The notes under the pieces were generated by a model. It did not search any database and was not told where the DNA came from. It was given only the letters and a program-made list of their open reading frames with translations. The position numbers and the translations under genes are program-made. This document shows, in pieces, positions 27,901 to 38,112 of a stretch of 64,000 nucleotides of DNA (the stretch's first letter is position 1; every line of letters begins with the position of its first letter). Origin of the DNA: a virus. The DNA lies in the IMG/VR virus record IMGVR_UViG_3300037333_000013, positions 100,668 to 164,667 of that record. One strand, given 5' to 3'.

Positions 27901-29553
27901 ATGTTGATAATGATGAAAAAATATGTCGGAGATAAGACACACGAGACAACTTCATGGTATCTCTTCGATACATCAGACACAAAGGATAAATCTAATGCGG
28001 TCTGGTCTGAAGAAGAGAGTGAGAAATACAGAGATGTTTTATCAGAAGATTTTGTTGTGCCAGAAGATGAAACATACTTTCTTTTAGCGGTTCGTAACTT
28101 TGACGATGATACAAGAGAGGAGACACTTTTACTTCCAATCACGTCGGAAGAGGCACTTGACGCATACCCAGTAGATACGTCTTCGTATGTGGAGTCACCG
28201 ATGCTCACTATAACAAAGAATAATATTCAAACAGGGGGTGACTTAGAGATAGGAACAACAACAATCAGACCTATCTACACACCATTTAAGTTTATGTCAG
28301 TGATAGTATACGCTGATGGTATGGTGATAGATGCTGTTGATACAACAGAATATACCTATACATTACAAAACAAGTATATACCAGAACATACACAGCGAAT
28401 TGAAATCAAAGTCACACACACATCTATTTACGGTCAGATGTCTAGTACTGGATACGTAACACTAAACATTAAAGGTAAGTCTATGGAACTCACCAATAAA
28501 GTAGTTGTTCCATCGCTTCCATATATTCCTAGGTTTAAAACAGACAAGGAGTTCGAGTTCGTATCTCTACAACTCATTGATGAGAGACGTATCACATATG
28601 AGTCTACATCGCTTTTAATACCAGCAGAATATCTTTCATACGGTAAACAATATCGGTTGATGATACAATGTTATATAGATGGTGTGAAGAGAAGAGAAGA
28701 GTACCAAATAGAGACAGTTAAACAATTTACACCATACTTTGATATTGACTACTCTTATGGTACGTTTCAGGAGTCAGACTTTGATATTTTAGAGAATGAT
28801 GGTGACTATACACATCTACTAAACAACAAGTGTTTTATCCCTATTGATAAGGATACATTCTCTATTAAGTTTCTGAATAGTGATGTTGACTTCATCAAGT
28901 CTGGATATACCCTAGAGAATGAACCTGACTTTGAGTTACCAATACAAGTATCTACAATCAGTATGTTTGAAGTACTTTTTGCATATATCTCTACGAATGG
29001 AGATAAAGTTCTCACAAAGTTTAGAATCGACCCAACCCTCTATCGAGCAACAAAGGTGTTTGAAACGAAAGTAAATGATGCACTTTCTACTATTGTCTAC
29101 AATAATGCTGATGATACAATGTATACTATATCAAAAGAGTCAGATGTTTATTATGTCTCAACAGTCTCTTCAGGTGGGTCTATCGATATCTTATCAGAGA
29201 TTCCAGATTTTGTAAATACTGGAGATAAGACATTCATTACGTCAGACGGCATGTACCTGTATATCTGCGGTGAAACAGATGGCATTATACAGTATGAATA
29301 TGGAACTGAGATGTTTCAAACATTGAAAGCATATGAAGACGATGTTCGTGGGAAGGATATCTCATTCCATACCACATGTAACAATGGGGTAGTGATGTTT
29401 ATAAAATCAACACGTGAGATATACGTCTACACAAAACAAGATGATACATTAACAGAGTTTGAGAATGAAATCGAACATATCGATAAAGTATTAAAACTAC
29501 CAAATGGTTCTTTCTTGTTAAAGAATGAATCAGAACAAATTATTTTTAAATAA
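27901..29553 (+). CDS. Acidic beta-rich putative virion protein, probable paralog of 26281..27897
   Basis: 550 aa; HETTSWY motif; similar size and composition. Confidence 0.7.
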   Translation: MLIMMKKYVGDKTHETTSWYLFDTSDTKDKSNAVWSEEESEKYRDVLSEDFVVPEDETYFLLAVRNFDDDTREETLLLPITSEEALDAYPVDTSSYVESPMLTITKNNIQTGGDLEIGTTTIRPIYTPFKFMSVIVYADGMVIDAVDTTEYTYTLQNKYIPEHTQRIEIKVTHTSIYGQMSSTGYVTLNIKGKSMELTNKVVVPSLPYIPRFKTDKEFEFVSLQLIDERRITYESTSLLIPAEYLSYGKQYRLMIQCYIDGVKRREEYQIETVKQFTPYFDIDYSYGTFQESDFDILENDGDYTHLLNNKCFIPIDKDTFSIKFLNSDVDFIKSGYTLENEPDFELPIQVSTISMFEVLFAYISTNGDKVLTKFRIDPTLYRATKVFETKVNDALSTIVYNNADDTMYTISKESDVYYVSTVSSGGSIDILSEIPDFVNTGDKTFITSDGMYLYICGETDGIIQYEYGTEMFQTLKAYEDDVRGKDISFHTTCNNGVVMFIKSTREIYVYTKQDDTLTEFENEIEHIDKVLKLPNGSFLLKNESEQIIFK

Positions 29554-29558
29554 AAAGC

Positions 29559-29586
29559 ATACTCAGATATTTTTTTATCTGAGTAT
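29559..29586. terminator. Hairpin upstream of the sheath gene
   Basis: ATACTCAGATA-T6-TATCTGAGTAT. Confidence 0.45.
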
Positions 29587-29628
29587 TAGCCACGTTTAAT
29601 GCTAATTACAGAAAAAAGGAACTAAAAA

Positions 29629-31800
29629 ATGGAATATGTAAACGGAGCACCAACTCACTATGCCTCCGGCGTAGAAGATGGTTCAACTCAGAAGTTATAC
29701 CCAACAGAGAAAAAGACTTGTCAATGTCATCCATTGATGTTTTTAAATACTAAGAAAGGACAATATAAAGAGACCACAGTCATTGGTGCTGAGTTTAATG
29801 CTACTTATGGATTAGATAGTCTTAATCCACTCAAGAAGTTCTTTAACCACCAATCACTCTTTGCGTTAGAAGCAATCGGTTTGGCTGCACAAGTGACAGT
29901 GATGAGAGCAATGTATGTACCGATTGACCCAGACGACAATCCCACAAATGGTAGAGCAAACATTACTATCTTTGTTACACGTACATCAAGTGACTTAGCA
30001 GACTCATACCCTATCAAAAGAGATGAGAATGGTTTTGGTGTCTGGGAAGATGGCGAGTGGACAGTGGACGATAGTGACGATGACGCAAAGGTGCCAGTAC
30101 AATACTACCAACTATCAGCTCGATTTATGTCTGATGAAGATATTGATGCACTGCAAGTCAGAACATTTGAAGATGCTATTACAAAAGGTGATGAGACAGT
30201 AGATGGCGAAGTGACACCTATCATGACAATCAAATCTATTGCACACGGGGACTACTACAATGGTATTGGACTGAAGCTCTATCCATTAACAGGTGACAGT
30301 GCAGATAAAGATATGATGGATAAAGCACGTAATATGGCGTACTTTATAGGTCTTGTTGATATGGAGAGTGGTGAAGAGACGATTATTAAAACAATCCAAT
30401 CGACAGACGGCTATACTGTTACATTTGACCCAAATGCATCACACCCTGTCACTGGTGTCACAACAACATTAGAAGACTTGTTCCCTAAAGGATTTGAGAA
30501 TACAACGCGTCCAGAGTACGAATATAAGGCACCTATCATCGGAGAAGTCATCTATCACAGGATTGGTATTCGTCCACTATTTGAGAATATCTTGACGAAA
30601 GAAGCGGAAAACTTCGATGGAACAGTGATTCCCTGGAGTGACTTTACCGAGTTTGAGTCAGAAGCAGCAAAAGAAGAAGCACTCGCTGTACCATACATCT
30701 TAAACTTCATTAACTGTATCTACACATCTGGTGCACCTATGGAGAACACACGTCGTTCTGATAACCTCGTACTTAATGATGAGTCATTGGCATATGCTGG
30801 TAACAGAATCAATATGACAAAAGATACCACACTATTCTTAGAAGGTGGTCTAGATGGAATGAATATTGTAGACAACTACGATGACTATCTTGTAGAACAC
30901 GAAGCAGACTTAATTCGTAGACTCACGGCATATGCAGACAAGGACAGTGAACAGACACACTTAGCACTCTCTACTGTCTCAGAGTTTGTAGATACTGGTT
31001 ATACATTAGACACGACCTTGAAGATGGGTATTTTTACTTCATATCGTACTGATGTGAGACTGATTGCGTCTACATATGATGTCAACCCACTAAATAAAGA
31101 TATCAGTGTACAAGAACATATCTCTAGAGGTGTATTACTGAATGCTATCTTATCTTTATCTATCGAGTCAGCTGACTTTAATACACCTGGATTTAGGACA
31201 GCTATCTTAGCAGGTTCTGGGCTAAGTACCACTGGCTTCTTTAGATACAGAGTATCAACCGCATTAGACTTTGCACTCAAGAATGTAAAGATGTTCCGTG
31301 GAGATACGTGGGATACAACATATGAGTTCAGCTACGATGAGGGAAATATTGTAGAGTACCTGACTGATGTAACACCTAGACGTATGCCTGAGAGCCAGAA
31401 GACAAATGCGTGGGATGCTGGGATTATTTGGACAGATGCTGCAGACACACTGAAAGTAAGATACCCACAAATTGGAACGATATATCCTGATGATACTTCT
31501 ATCTTAAAGAACTGGTATATTGCTGTGGCTGTCTGTTACATAGAGAAGAAACTTGATGAAGCACACAGAGAAGTTCAAGGTGCTGCTGTATTTACACAAG
31601 CACAGCAAATCAAGAAGACACAAGAGAAGATTGTAGATAAAATCAGTGGTAAGTTTGCGAACATTGTAAATCCAACTGTTGAAGTCTTCAAGACACCTAG
31701 AGACATGTCCGCTGGATATGCTGTAACTGCCAGAGTTAAAATCTGGGGTCCATCGATGCTCACTGTACTAAACAGTAGTATCTTAGCGTTAAGAGCGTAA
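29629..31800 (+). CDS. Tail sheath protein (phiKZ gp29-like)
   Basis: NGAP....GVED, HPLMFL..KKG, YG.DS.....FFNHQ, LEGGLDG, DTGYTL, ESADFNTP and TIYPDDTSIL. Confidence 0.88.
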   Translation: MEYVNGAPTHYASGVEDGSTQKLYPTEKKTCQCHPLMFLNTKKGQYKETTVIGAEFNATYGLDSLNPLKKFFNHQSLFALEAIGLAAQVTVMRAMYVPIDPDDNPTNGRANITIFVTRTSSDLADSYPIKRDENGFGVWEDGEWTVDDSDDDAKVPVQYYQLSARFMSDEDIDALQVRTFEDAITKGDETVDGEVTPIMTIKSIAHGDYYNGIGLKLYPLTGDSADKDMMDKARNMAYFIGLVDMESGEETIIKTIQSTDGYTVTFDPNASHPVTGVTTTLEDLFPKGFENTTRPEYEYKAPIIGEVIYHRIGIRPLFENILTKEAENFDGTVIPWSDFTEFESEAAKEEALAVPYILNFINCIYTSGAPMENTRRSDNLVLNDESLAYAGNRINMTKDTTLFLEGGLDGMNIVDNYDDYLVEHEADLIRRLTAYADKDSEQTHLALSTVSEFVDTGYTLDTTLKMGIFTSYRTDVRLIASTYDVNPLNKDISVQEHISRGVLLNAILSLSIESADFNTPGFRTAILAGSGLSTTGFFRYRVSTALDFALKNVKMFRGDTWDTTYEFSYDEGNIVEYLTDVTPRRMPESQKTNAWDAGIIWTDAADTLKVRYPQIGTIYPDDTSILKNWYIAVAVCYIEKKLDEAHREVQGAAVFTQAQQIKKTQEKIVDKISGKFANIVNPTVEVFKTPRDMSAGYAVTARVKIWGPSMLTVLNSSILALRA

Positions 31801-31823
31801 TAACACAATAAAGGAAAGATGAT

Positions 31824-32714
31824 ATGCAATTAACAGATGAAGTCTTAAGTATTGATATTGGTGGTGGTGCAACAACATCACCTATCGCGAACCTGAACTA
31901 TGGAAACAATGGTGGGTATCTCCCATCATTGACAAGGGAGATAGATGGGTACTACTTTGAGGAGTACTTCTCGGCCGAAGCACATATGAACCAAGATGTG
32001 ATTCCGTTCGTTATAAGAACACCAAAACTCTTTGACATCTTAACAGATGAAGCACTTGGTGCAAGGCTCAGGGACTACTGGATTAACTTGATGACAGTAG
32101 CACCAAAGAAGATTGATGGTCTAAATAGAACACTCTCTTTCACACACTCAGAGGTAAATATTGACGGCTCACAAATACTACAACAAGTCACTGGTTCTAA
32201 AAGAGAACGTTCAGCACCGGTAAACTACTATGTAGAACGTAAAGGTAAGACCATTGAGAGACTGTTCACATTCTTGATGGGATATGGTTCGGTAGACAGT
32301 GCCACTGGGATGAACATTATAGCAACACTAGACCTTAAACCAGGATATGTAGAGAAAGGTAAGTTACCATCAAATATATTCTTTACAGGGACAATGTTAT
32401 ATGTTCAACCAGACGCGTGGATGAAGAACGTGATTGAAGCCTACGTATGTGGGAATATGTCACCAATGGGACCATTCGAAAGTACAGCTTCTAGGGAGGA
32501 GAGAGGAACTGAGAGACAAATCTCTGAACTCAGTGTACCGTTTACGTCAATCGATATGAACAATGAAGCGTGTAGAATTATCGGACAGTATGCGTTGGAT
32601 AACTTGACAAACATTAGTAAAGACCCAGACCTAATGCCTGCGTTCATCAATAACAATGATATTGATAATGCACTCAGCGAGCAGTTTGGTTTCCATGCAG
32701 AGGCTTGGAAATAG
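31824..32714 (+). CDS. Tail tube protein (phiKZ gp30-like)
   Basis: IDGLNRTL, RERSAP, ERKG, TMLYVQPD and NMSP motifs; follows the sheath. Confidence 0.82.
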   Translation: MQLTDEVLSIDIGGGATTSPIANLNYGNNGGYLPSLTREIDGYYFEEYFSAEAHMNQDVIPFVIRTPKLFDILTDEALGARLRDYWINLMTVAPKKIDGLNRTLSFTHSEVNIDGSQILQQVTGSKRERSAPVNYYVERKGKTIERLFTFLMGYGSVDSATGMNIIATLDLKPGYVEKGKLPSNIFFTGTMLYVQPDAWMKNVIEAYVCGNMSPMGPFESTASREERGTERQISELSVPFTSIDMNNEACRIIGQYALDNLTNISKDPDLMPAFINNNDIDNALSEQFGFHAEAWK

Positions 32715-32731
32715 AAAAATAAAGAAGATAG

Positions 32732-32759
32732 GTATAGGTTGGGATATCCCAACCTATAC
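32732..32759. terminator. 28-bp perfect palindrome between convergent genes
   Basis: GTATAGGTTGGGAT|ATCCCAACCTATAC. Confidence 0.7.
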
Positions 32760-32761
32760 TC

Positions 32762-33217
32762 TTATAGTTCTTTTGCTAGTCTTTCACGGAGACTCTTCAT
32801 CTCATCTTTCTTGCTGAACTGGTCAGACGTTATTGCAGACGAAACATATGGCATCGCTTTGTCCATGATTTGTCTCTCTCTAACAGCAGTGACAGATACA
32901 GCTAGACCTCTTGTGAGCTTTGTACTCTTTTGCTTCACCTTTACTTTTTGAATCACTTTATCGTCATTCATCAACTTAGCAGACTCTGTGACAGCCCAAT
33001 CATTGAGTTGCTTCTGGTATCTACCAATCTCTTCGATGACCTCTTTTGACTTCTCTGCATCTTTAGCTTGTGCTAAATAAGATGACTTCTCGCTAAGAGT
33101 TAATGTTACTTCGTTCTGACTGTTCTTGTCAGAAACTTTTTCTTGTTCAAACTTAAACGTTTGCTCTTCTTTAGTCTCTACTGCTTCTACTTCTGTTCTT
33201 TCTTCTACGTTACTCAT
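32762..33217 (-). CDS. Hypothetical charged protein
   Basis: AAAAGGA SD; early-like motif at 33264-33271. Confidence 0.8.
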   Translation of the reverse strand: MSNVEERTEVEAVETKEEQTFKFEQEKVSDKNSQNEVTLTLSEKSSYLAQAKDAEKSKEVIEEIGRYQKQLNDWAVTESAKLMNDDKVIQKVKVKQKSTKLTRGLAVSVTAVRERQIMDKAMPYVSSAITSDQFSKKDEMKSLRERLAKEL

Positions 33218-33329
33218 ATGAGTCCTTTTATTATTATACTAGCAACTCTTGTTACTGCACATAAATAATATGCAAATGTTTTTATCCAATACGCTAGAGG
33301 TCTTAACTGATTATAGAAAAGGAGTTTGT

Positions 33330-34490
33330 ATGGCACAAGATTTTGGTACGAACAAGTTAAGAGATGATATAGTAAGAATGGAGTCGAAGTTTGACATCGG
33401 TTCATATACACATAAGAGCGATGCGTTTAAGTTTGCATCAGAGTTACCTGGTGTAGAAGACTTAATTGGTGTCATAGAGAATATTGTTGGTGAAGTCACT
33501 GGGTTTATTAATACATTATTAAAAGCACTAAACGATTTACTGGAGTGGCTTAATCTTAATAATATATTCGATGCATTGGGGTTAAACAAACTTTTAGAAT
33601 TTATCTTTGGTCTTGTTGACTTTGCGTCGAATACATTTGGTCTCCCGATAGACATAAAGAATGGGTTGCTAAACTTCTTTAAGGAGGCTTGTATTGAAGT
33701 TGATAGTGATGTATATACACGAGACAACATTGAGCAGTTTGCACTGGCATCACTACTCATAGCTTTTGCGTGTTCTGGTTATGAGAAGACGTTCTCAACA
33801 ACATTAGACCTCTATATGAATACACCAACACTGACAACACTGCGAGACGAACGAGACACGCTATCATCAGAACGTGCGATTATTAAAGATGTTCCAGAGT
33901 ATGTCTATAATGAAGAGATTAATGCGTATGAACCAACAGTCACAAACAGCAAGGTAATCCCATACGATGAACAGATAGCTTCATTGGATAAACAGATTGA
34001 GGATGAAGAGTATAAAGTGAATGTTCTCTTTGCATCCACTGTACCACATATATTTACAACAAACACAAAGAAAGAGACACCGACAAATCAAACTGTGTCG
34101 TCTGTCAATGATATTGCTTCTACATCTGCTGGAAGATTGTATGGTGAAACGCATAGAGGAATCACGTCATCAATCACAGAGTCACTCGATAAGAATGGCG
34201 AAGCACTCACAACTACACAGACAGAAACAGAATTAAGAACGGGCAGTGGTGGGTTACTAATAGGTAGAGATAGTCTGCATACATTGAAAGAACCATCAGT
34301 GGTGGAGATGAAACCAGAAGAGTTTGAAACATTCGAAAACTCATTACTGGTGTTAGACCCAAGTCTATCAGAACAGGATTACCATAATTCATCAACACTA
34401 AAAGGGATGAAGATAGCATCACTTAACGATAAGGAGCTAGAAACACTAGAGCCAGGCTCTACCATAGATACGTTACAATATTGCATTTGA
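33330..34490 (+). CDS. Hypothetical, putative structural protein; start revised to 33330
   Basis: AAAAGGAG SD; amphipathic N-terminal helices. Confidence 0.75.
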   Translation: MAQDFGTNKLRDDIVRMESKFDIGSYTHKSDAFKFASELPGVEDLIGVIENIVGEVTGFINTLLKALNDLLEWLNLNNIFDALGLNKLLEFIFGLVDFASNTFGLPIDIKNGLLNFFKEACIEVDSDVYTRDNIEQFALASLLIAFACSGYEKTFSTTLDLYMNTPTLTTLRDERDTLSSERAIIKDVPEYVYNEEINAYEPTVTNSKVIPYDEQIASLDKQIEDEEYKVNVLFASTVPHIFTTNTKKETPTNQTVSSVNDIASTSAGRLYGETHRGITSSITESLDKNGEALTTTQTETELRTGSGGLLIGRDSLHTLKEPSVVEMKPEEFETFENSLLVLDPSLSEQDYHNSSTLKGMKIASLNDKELETLEPGSTIDTLQYCI

Positions 34491-34514
34491 ATAGTCCGTG
34501 TGGACTATTCAAAT
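34485..34514. terminator. Hairpin containing both convergent stop codons
   Basis: ATTTGAATAGTCC-GTGT-GGACTATTCAAAT. Confidence 0.6.
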
Positions 34515-36571
34515 ATCTTTGTAATACTATTATTTACATTTCCAATCTTCATGACGTCACCAATGATACTATCTCCTACCATTGTTGCCCACTTAGCCGG
34601 GTTTCTGATATCGTTTAAACCCTTCTCAATCGATGCGAGTCTGTACTTCGCATTCTTTAACATATAGCGAGAATTGCTATAACTTCTAGCACCCATTGTA
34701 CGTAAGAACTTGGATAGTACATCGTGGTCATTCATTTCACCACCCATCACACCAAAGAAACCACTGTTTACCGGTGCAGTACCGACATCACTAAAGTCAG
34801 ATATTGTAAATGTCACTTCTACTTCTAATGGTTGACCATAAATATTTCTTCCTGCACCATCTCCTGCTTTATAACTAAGGCTCGTAATCATACCAAAGTC
34901 TATATCTAATATACCACGCAAGAACGCTCTACATAGGTAAGGTGAAGTATACGATGATGGGCCAGTAGAGAGTGGTGCGACACCTGCAAACAACAATGCA
35001 GTAATGACATCGATATCCAAACATAATGATAATGGGTTCCCATAAGGTCCACCTAGCCTCATTTTGAATGTATGTGTTGGTACGGTGACACTACTGGTAT
35101 CGTGCATCTTTGGAAATTGTAAGTATCCACCACCAATCAACCCTAGAATGACGTTCGATAAGCCGAATGTCGCACCATTGAGTGTTCCTGCTACAATATC
35201 GCGTGCTGCCTTTCCAACAGTATCTACGAAGTCATTGATTACGTTTCCTCCAGATAAAGAGAAGCGAACATCTCTACTCATTGTTCCTATGTTATTGATG
35301 ACAGACTTTGCAGGAATATCTTTAGTGGAGTTTGTAAATGTAATTTCGCTAGGCCCAACATAGTCTACGTAGAGTGATATATTCTCCATTCCATACTTGC
35401 GAACGACGTCTAGGTAACTACTGAAATCAGTTGACCACTCATCGTCATCGTGTGGTAGTCTTTTTGTTTGTCCGTTTGCATCTTTTATCTTATACTCATC
35501 AACATCCCCAGCATCTAACGATGTAGGTATCTGCGATTTATCTACCAAGACATTACCATATTTATCTACATCTTTTGTACTACTAGATAAGTTACTAATA
35601 GTCTCTATGGCATCTTTAAATGGTTTCAATACTGGATTCGCTACACGAATAACTGTACTAATACCTTTAAGAAGTATTCCCTCTTCTTGTTTTATTAAGT
35701 TGTTTACCATCAACTGTGGTCTAGCAATAATTTTATATATATCTAACCCATATCGTTTATCGAAAATCTCTGGCATTAAATCAGCAAACTCTTCTATATA
35801 GGATGTATCTAGTGTGATACTCACACCATACCTATCAGTAGACTTACTAGTCTTTGTAGGGTCTACAATAGATTTTACTAATCCTCTCTCAATCTGTAAC
35901 TGTGTGAGTATGATGTTTGCAGTCTGTAAGTAGTTATGCATATCTGGCTTAAATGAGTAGTACCTATCATCTGTAAAGTTTAGTATGTGATTGATAAGTT
36001 TGCCAATAAAGTAAAGTGCCATTAATCCGGGTCGTACCAAGAACGCTCCTATCGTACCAGCAACTAACCCAGTCTTATACCAGAATGTGGTTCTACCTTC
36101 ATTGGCGATAATCGCTTTTCCATAATCCACACTAGAACTAAAGAATGCAAACATACTACGAAACTTAGGCTTACCAAACTCTAGTACGAGTATCCTAGGT
36201 TTAGAGTTTATCTGGAACATCTCAGCATACGCTCTAGACATTCCTAACTTATGGGAATCTGGTTCATCGATATACTCTGGTCTTCCCGCTAATAATCCAA
36301 CGCGTGGCGGTTCTGCGTGCCTTGTAAAAGCATATGGCATTCCAAGAGCAATGTGTCCACCAACGCTAGAGTCCATAAACTCTGAGTCTGCTACTGTCTT
36401 GAAATAAGCTTGTCTTGATAAATCATCTGGGTCTTCTGGTAATGTTTCGATACTGGCTAAAAATCCACTATCTCCTATATTATAATCATTTGTAGAGGTA
36501 TCTAAGATAGGTGATATATACTGTGTTAATGGGTCATAATCAAATTGAGGTAATGAGTATATAACTGACAT
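34505..36571 (-). CDS. Conserved virion structural protein (phiKZ gp182-like)
   Basis: DSSVGG....P..FTRHA, GMSRAY, FGKP.F..M..FF, YYSFKPDMHNY, PYGNP and SYTSPYLC motifs. Confidence 0.6.
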   Translation of the reverse strand: MSVIYSLPQFDYDPLTQYISPILDTSTNDYNIGDSGFLASIETLPEDPDDLSRQAYFKTVADSEFMDSSVGGHIALGMPYAFTRHAEPPRVGLLAGRPEYIDEPDSHKLGMSRAYAEMFQINSKPRILVLEFGKPKFRSMFAFFSSSVDYGKAIIANEGRTTFWYKTGLVAGTIGAFLVRPGLMALYFIGKLINHILNFTDDRYYSFKPDMHNYLQTANIILTQLQIERGLVKSIVDPTKTSKSTDRYGVSITLDTSYIEEFADLMPEIFDKRYGLDIYKIIARPQLMVNNLIKQEEGILLKGISTVIRVANPVLKPFKDAIETISNLSSSTKDVDKYGNVLVDKSQIPTSLDAGDVDEYKIKDANGQTKRLPHDDDEWSTDFSSYLDVVRKYGMENISLYVDYVGPSEITFTNSTKDIPAKSVINNIGTMSRDVRFSLSGGNVINDFVDTVGKAARDIVAGTLNGATFGLSNVILGLIGGGYLQFPKMHDTSSVTVPTHTFKMRLGGPYGNPLSLCLDIDVITALLFAGVAPLSTGPSSYTSPYLCRAFLRGILDIDFGMITSLSYKAGDGAGRNIYGQPLEVEVTFTISDFSDVGTAPVNSGFFGVMGGEMNDHDVLSKFLRTMGARSYSNSRYMLKNAKYRLASIEKGLNDIRNPAKWATMVGDSIIGDVMKIGNVNNSITKIFE

Positions 36572-36613
36572 TATTGTCCTTTTTCTGTAAATTCAGGAAA
36601 AATCAAATGGTTA

Positions 36614-36639
36614 CATACATAGCCATATGGCTATGTATG
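36614..36639. terminator. 26-bp perfect palindrome
   Basis: CATACATAGCCAT|ATGGCTATGTATG after the protease stop. Confidence 0.65.
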
Positions 36640-36644
36640 ATGTA

Positions 36645-37409
36645 TTAATAGGCTAAGAAGACACAACTGTCGTCATCACACCCAGTCAAAGCGGTTGCGA
36701 GTGTTGAATAGAATGAACGGTCAGCATCACTCTCAGTATCTGTCATAGATTTCGCTCTACTGTACTCATAGAGTTTTAATGCATCTCTATCACTAATGAC
36801 AGACTCTTCACTTTCAATATCAAAGTCTAACCACTGACTCTGTCTAGCTACTCTTATGCCTGGACGACTCACTCTATCATACCCAACAATAAAGTAAGAC
36901 TCTTTGTAAAGGACACCATTAATCGTTTGTCTATTACTAAACCCACGAAGACTAAATGCTACGTCAATAGTGTTGTCTTTCAAGTCAGAACGTAACTTAG
37001 CACCGAGTGGAGAATCTGTTGGTGTGATATTTGCTCTTACCAAATAAACAGGTTCTTCTTGGAATGCTACCCTTGTTGGATTAACGTCTAATGTAATTTT
37101 ATTCATAACACAACATGTGTTATTTTCGTCAAAAGAACGAAACCTCTCTACAAACTCTTCTACTCTTTCATCAAATCTCATTGTTGGGTGTTCCACCTCT
37201 GATTTGATATTACCAGCACTCGCTTCCTTGTTGAGTCTATCCGTAGATGAGAACAGATTACGCACACTGTCGCTGATGACATAGAATGCACCCTCTGAGC
37301 TTGAAACGTTGTATGCACCACAGATGATATCAAATGAACCATCACTATGTTCCTTAGAGCTTAAGTTAGCACCCTCTATCGTAATATTGTCAAATGAGAA
37401 TTTACTCAT
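36645..37409 (-). CDS. Prohead maturation protease (phiKZ gp175-like)
   Basis: GAYNV.S..G.FY, EVEHP (catalytic His), AFSLRG (Ser) and YDRVSRPGI; synteny with the vRNAP genes. Confidence 0.85.
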   Translation of the reverse strand: MSKFSFDNITIEGANLSSKEHSDGSFDIICGAYNVSSSEGAFYVISDSVRNLFSSTDRLNKEASAGNIKSEVEHPTMRFDERVEEFVERFRSFDENNTCCVMNKITLDVNPTRVAFQEEPVYLVRANITPTDSPLGAKLRSDLKDNTIDVAFSLRGFSNRQTINGVLYKESYFIVGYDRVSRPGIRVARQSQWLDFDIESEESVISDRDALKLYEYSRAKSMTDTESDADRSFYSTLATALTGCDDDSCVFLAY

Positions 37410-37410
37410 A

Positions 37411-38112
37411 CTATCTCCTAAATACTTTTTCTAATTCTGTTACTTCTGTTTTATCTTTTAAGATACCAACAGCAAGACCCTTGTTGAAGTACCCACCAAC
37501 AATACGTGCAAAGTTGTTATTGTAGATAGAGGATGCATCAACAAGACCTACCCATTTTCTCACTTTGATATCTTTCATATGCCTTGTCTCAATGTTTCCT
37601 GTTTCATCTCTATCAATGACTGCTAACAACGAACTAAATCGGTTGAGTACAGTACCAAACTTTGTACTCGTCGTATCAATAGATTTCGTAATGATTTGTA
37701 AGACTTCATCTTTAGTCAAAAAGAATGGTACGTTAGCCCACGCTGCCCAATCTTCTAACATGACGAATACTGGGTCGGCATTATCGATAACTTGTGTAGA
37801 TTCGATAAACATAGGTGGTTTGAACTCCATCTTGAAATACTCTTTCCCATCAATCTCTTCCATATCGATAGCGATAGGTGAGAAACGAATAAGGTTAGGG
37901 AGCTTAAAGACAGTATAGTTGTAATCTTTATCCACCACTAGGCAGACACCAAATACTTCGACAGTGTCATCAATGTTTGCTAATCCTTTGGTTTCATAAC
38001 GTTTAGGAAAGAGTACGAAGAGTGTATTGCTACACTCAATCATACCATTCCTCTTCGTTAACATAGATTTAATCTTCTTATCATTCCTTTTAAGAAGCTG
38101 TTTGTTAAACAT
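37411..38112 (-). CDS. phiKZ gp176-like protein, probable vRNAP beta' C-terminal fragment
   Basis: FPKRY...GLA, VPFFL and C-terminal FARIVGGYF..GL; synteny; start revised to 38112. Confidence 0.6.
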   Translation of the reverse strand: MFNKQLLKRNDKKIKSMLTKRNGMIECSNTLFVLFPKRYETKGLANIDDTVEVFGVCLVVDKDYNYTVFKLPNLIRFSPIAIDMEEIDGKEYFKMEFKPPMFIESTQVIDNADPVFVMLEDWAAWANVPFFLTKDEVLQIITKSIDTTSTKFGTVLNRFSSLLAVIDRDETGNIETRHMKDIKVRKWVGLVDASSIYNNNFARIVGGYFNKGLAVGILKDKTEVTELEKVFRR

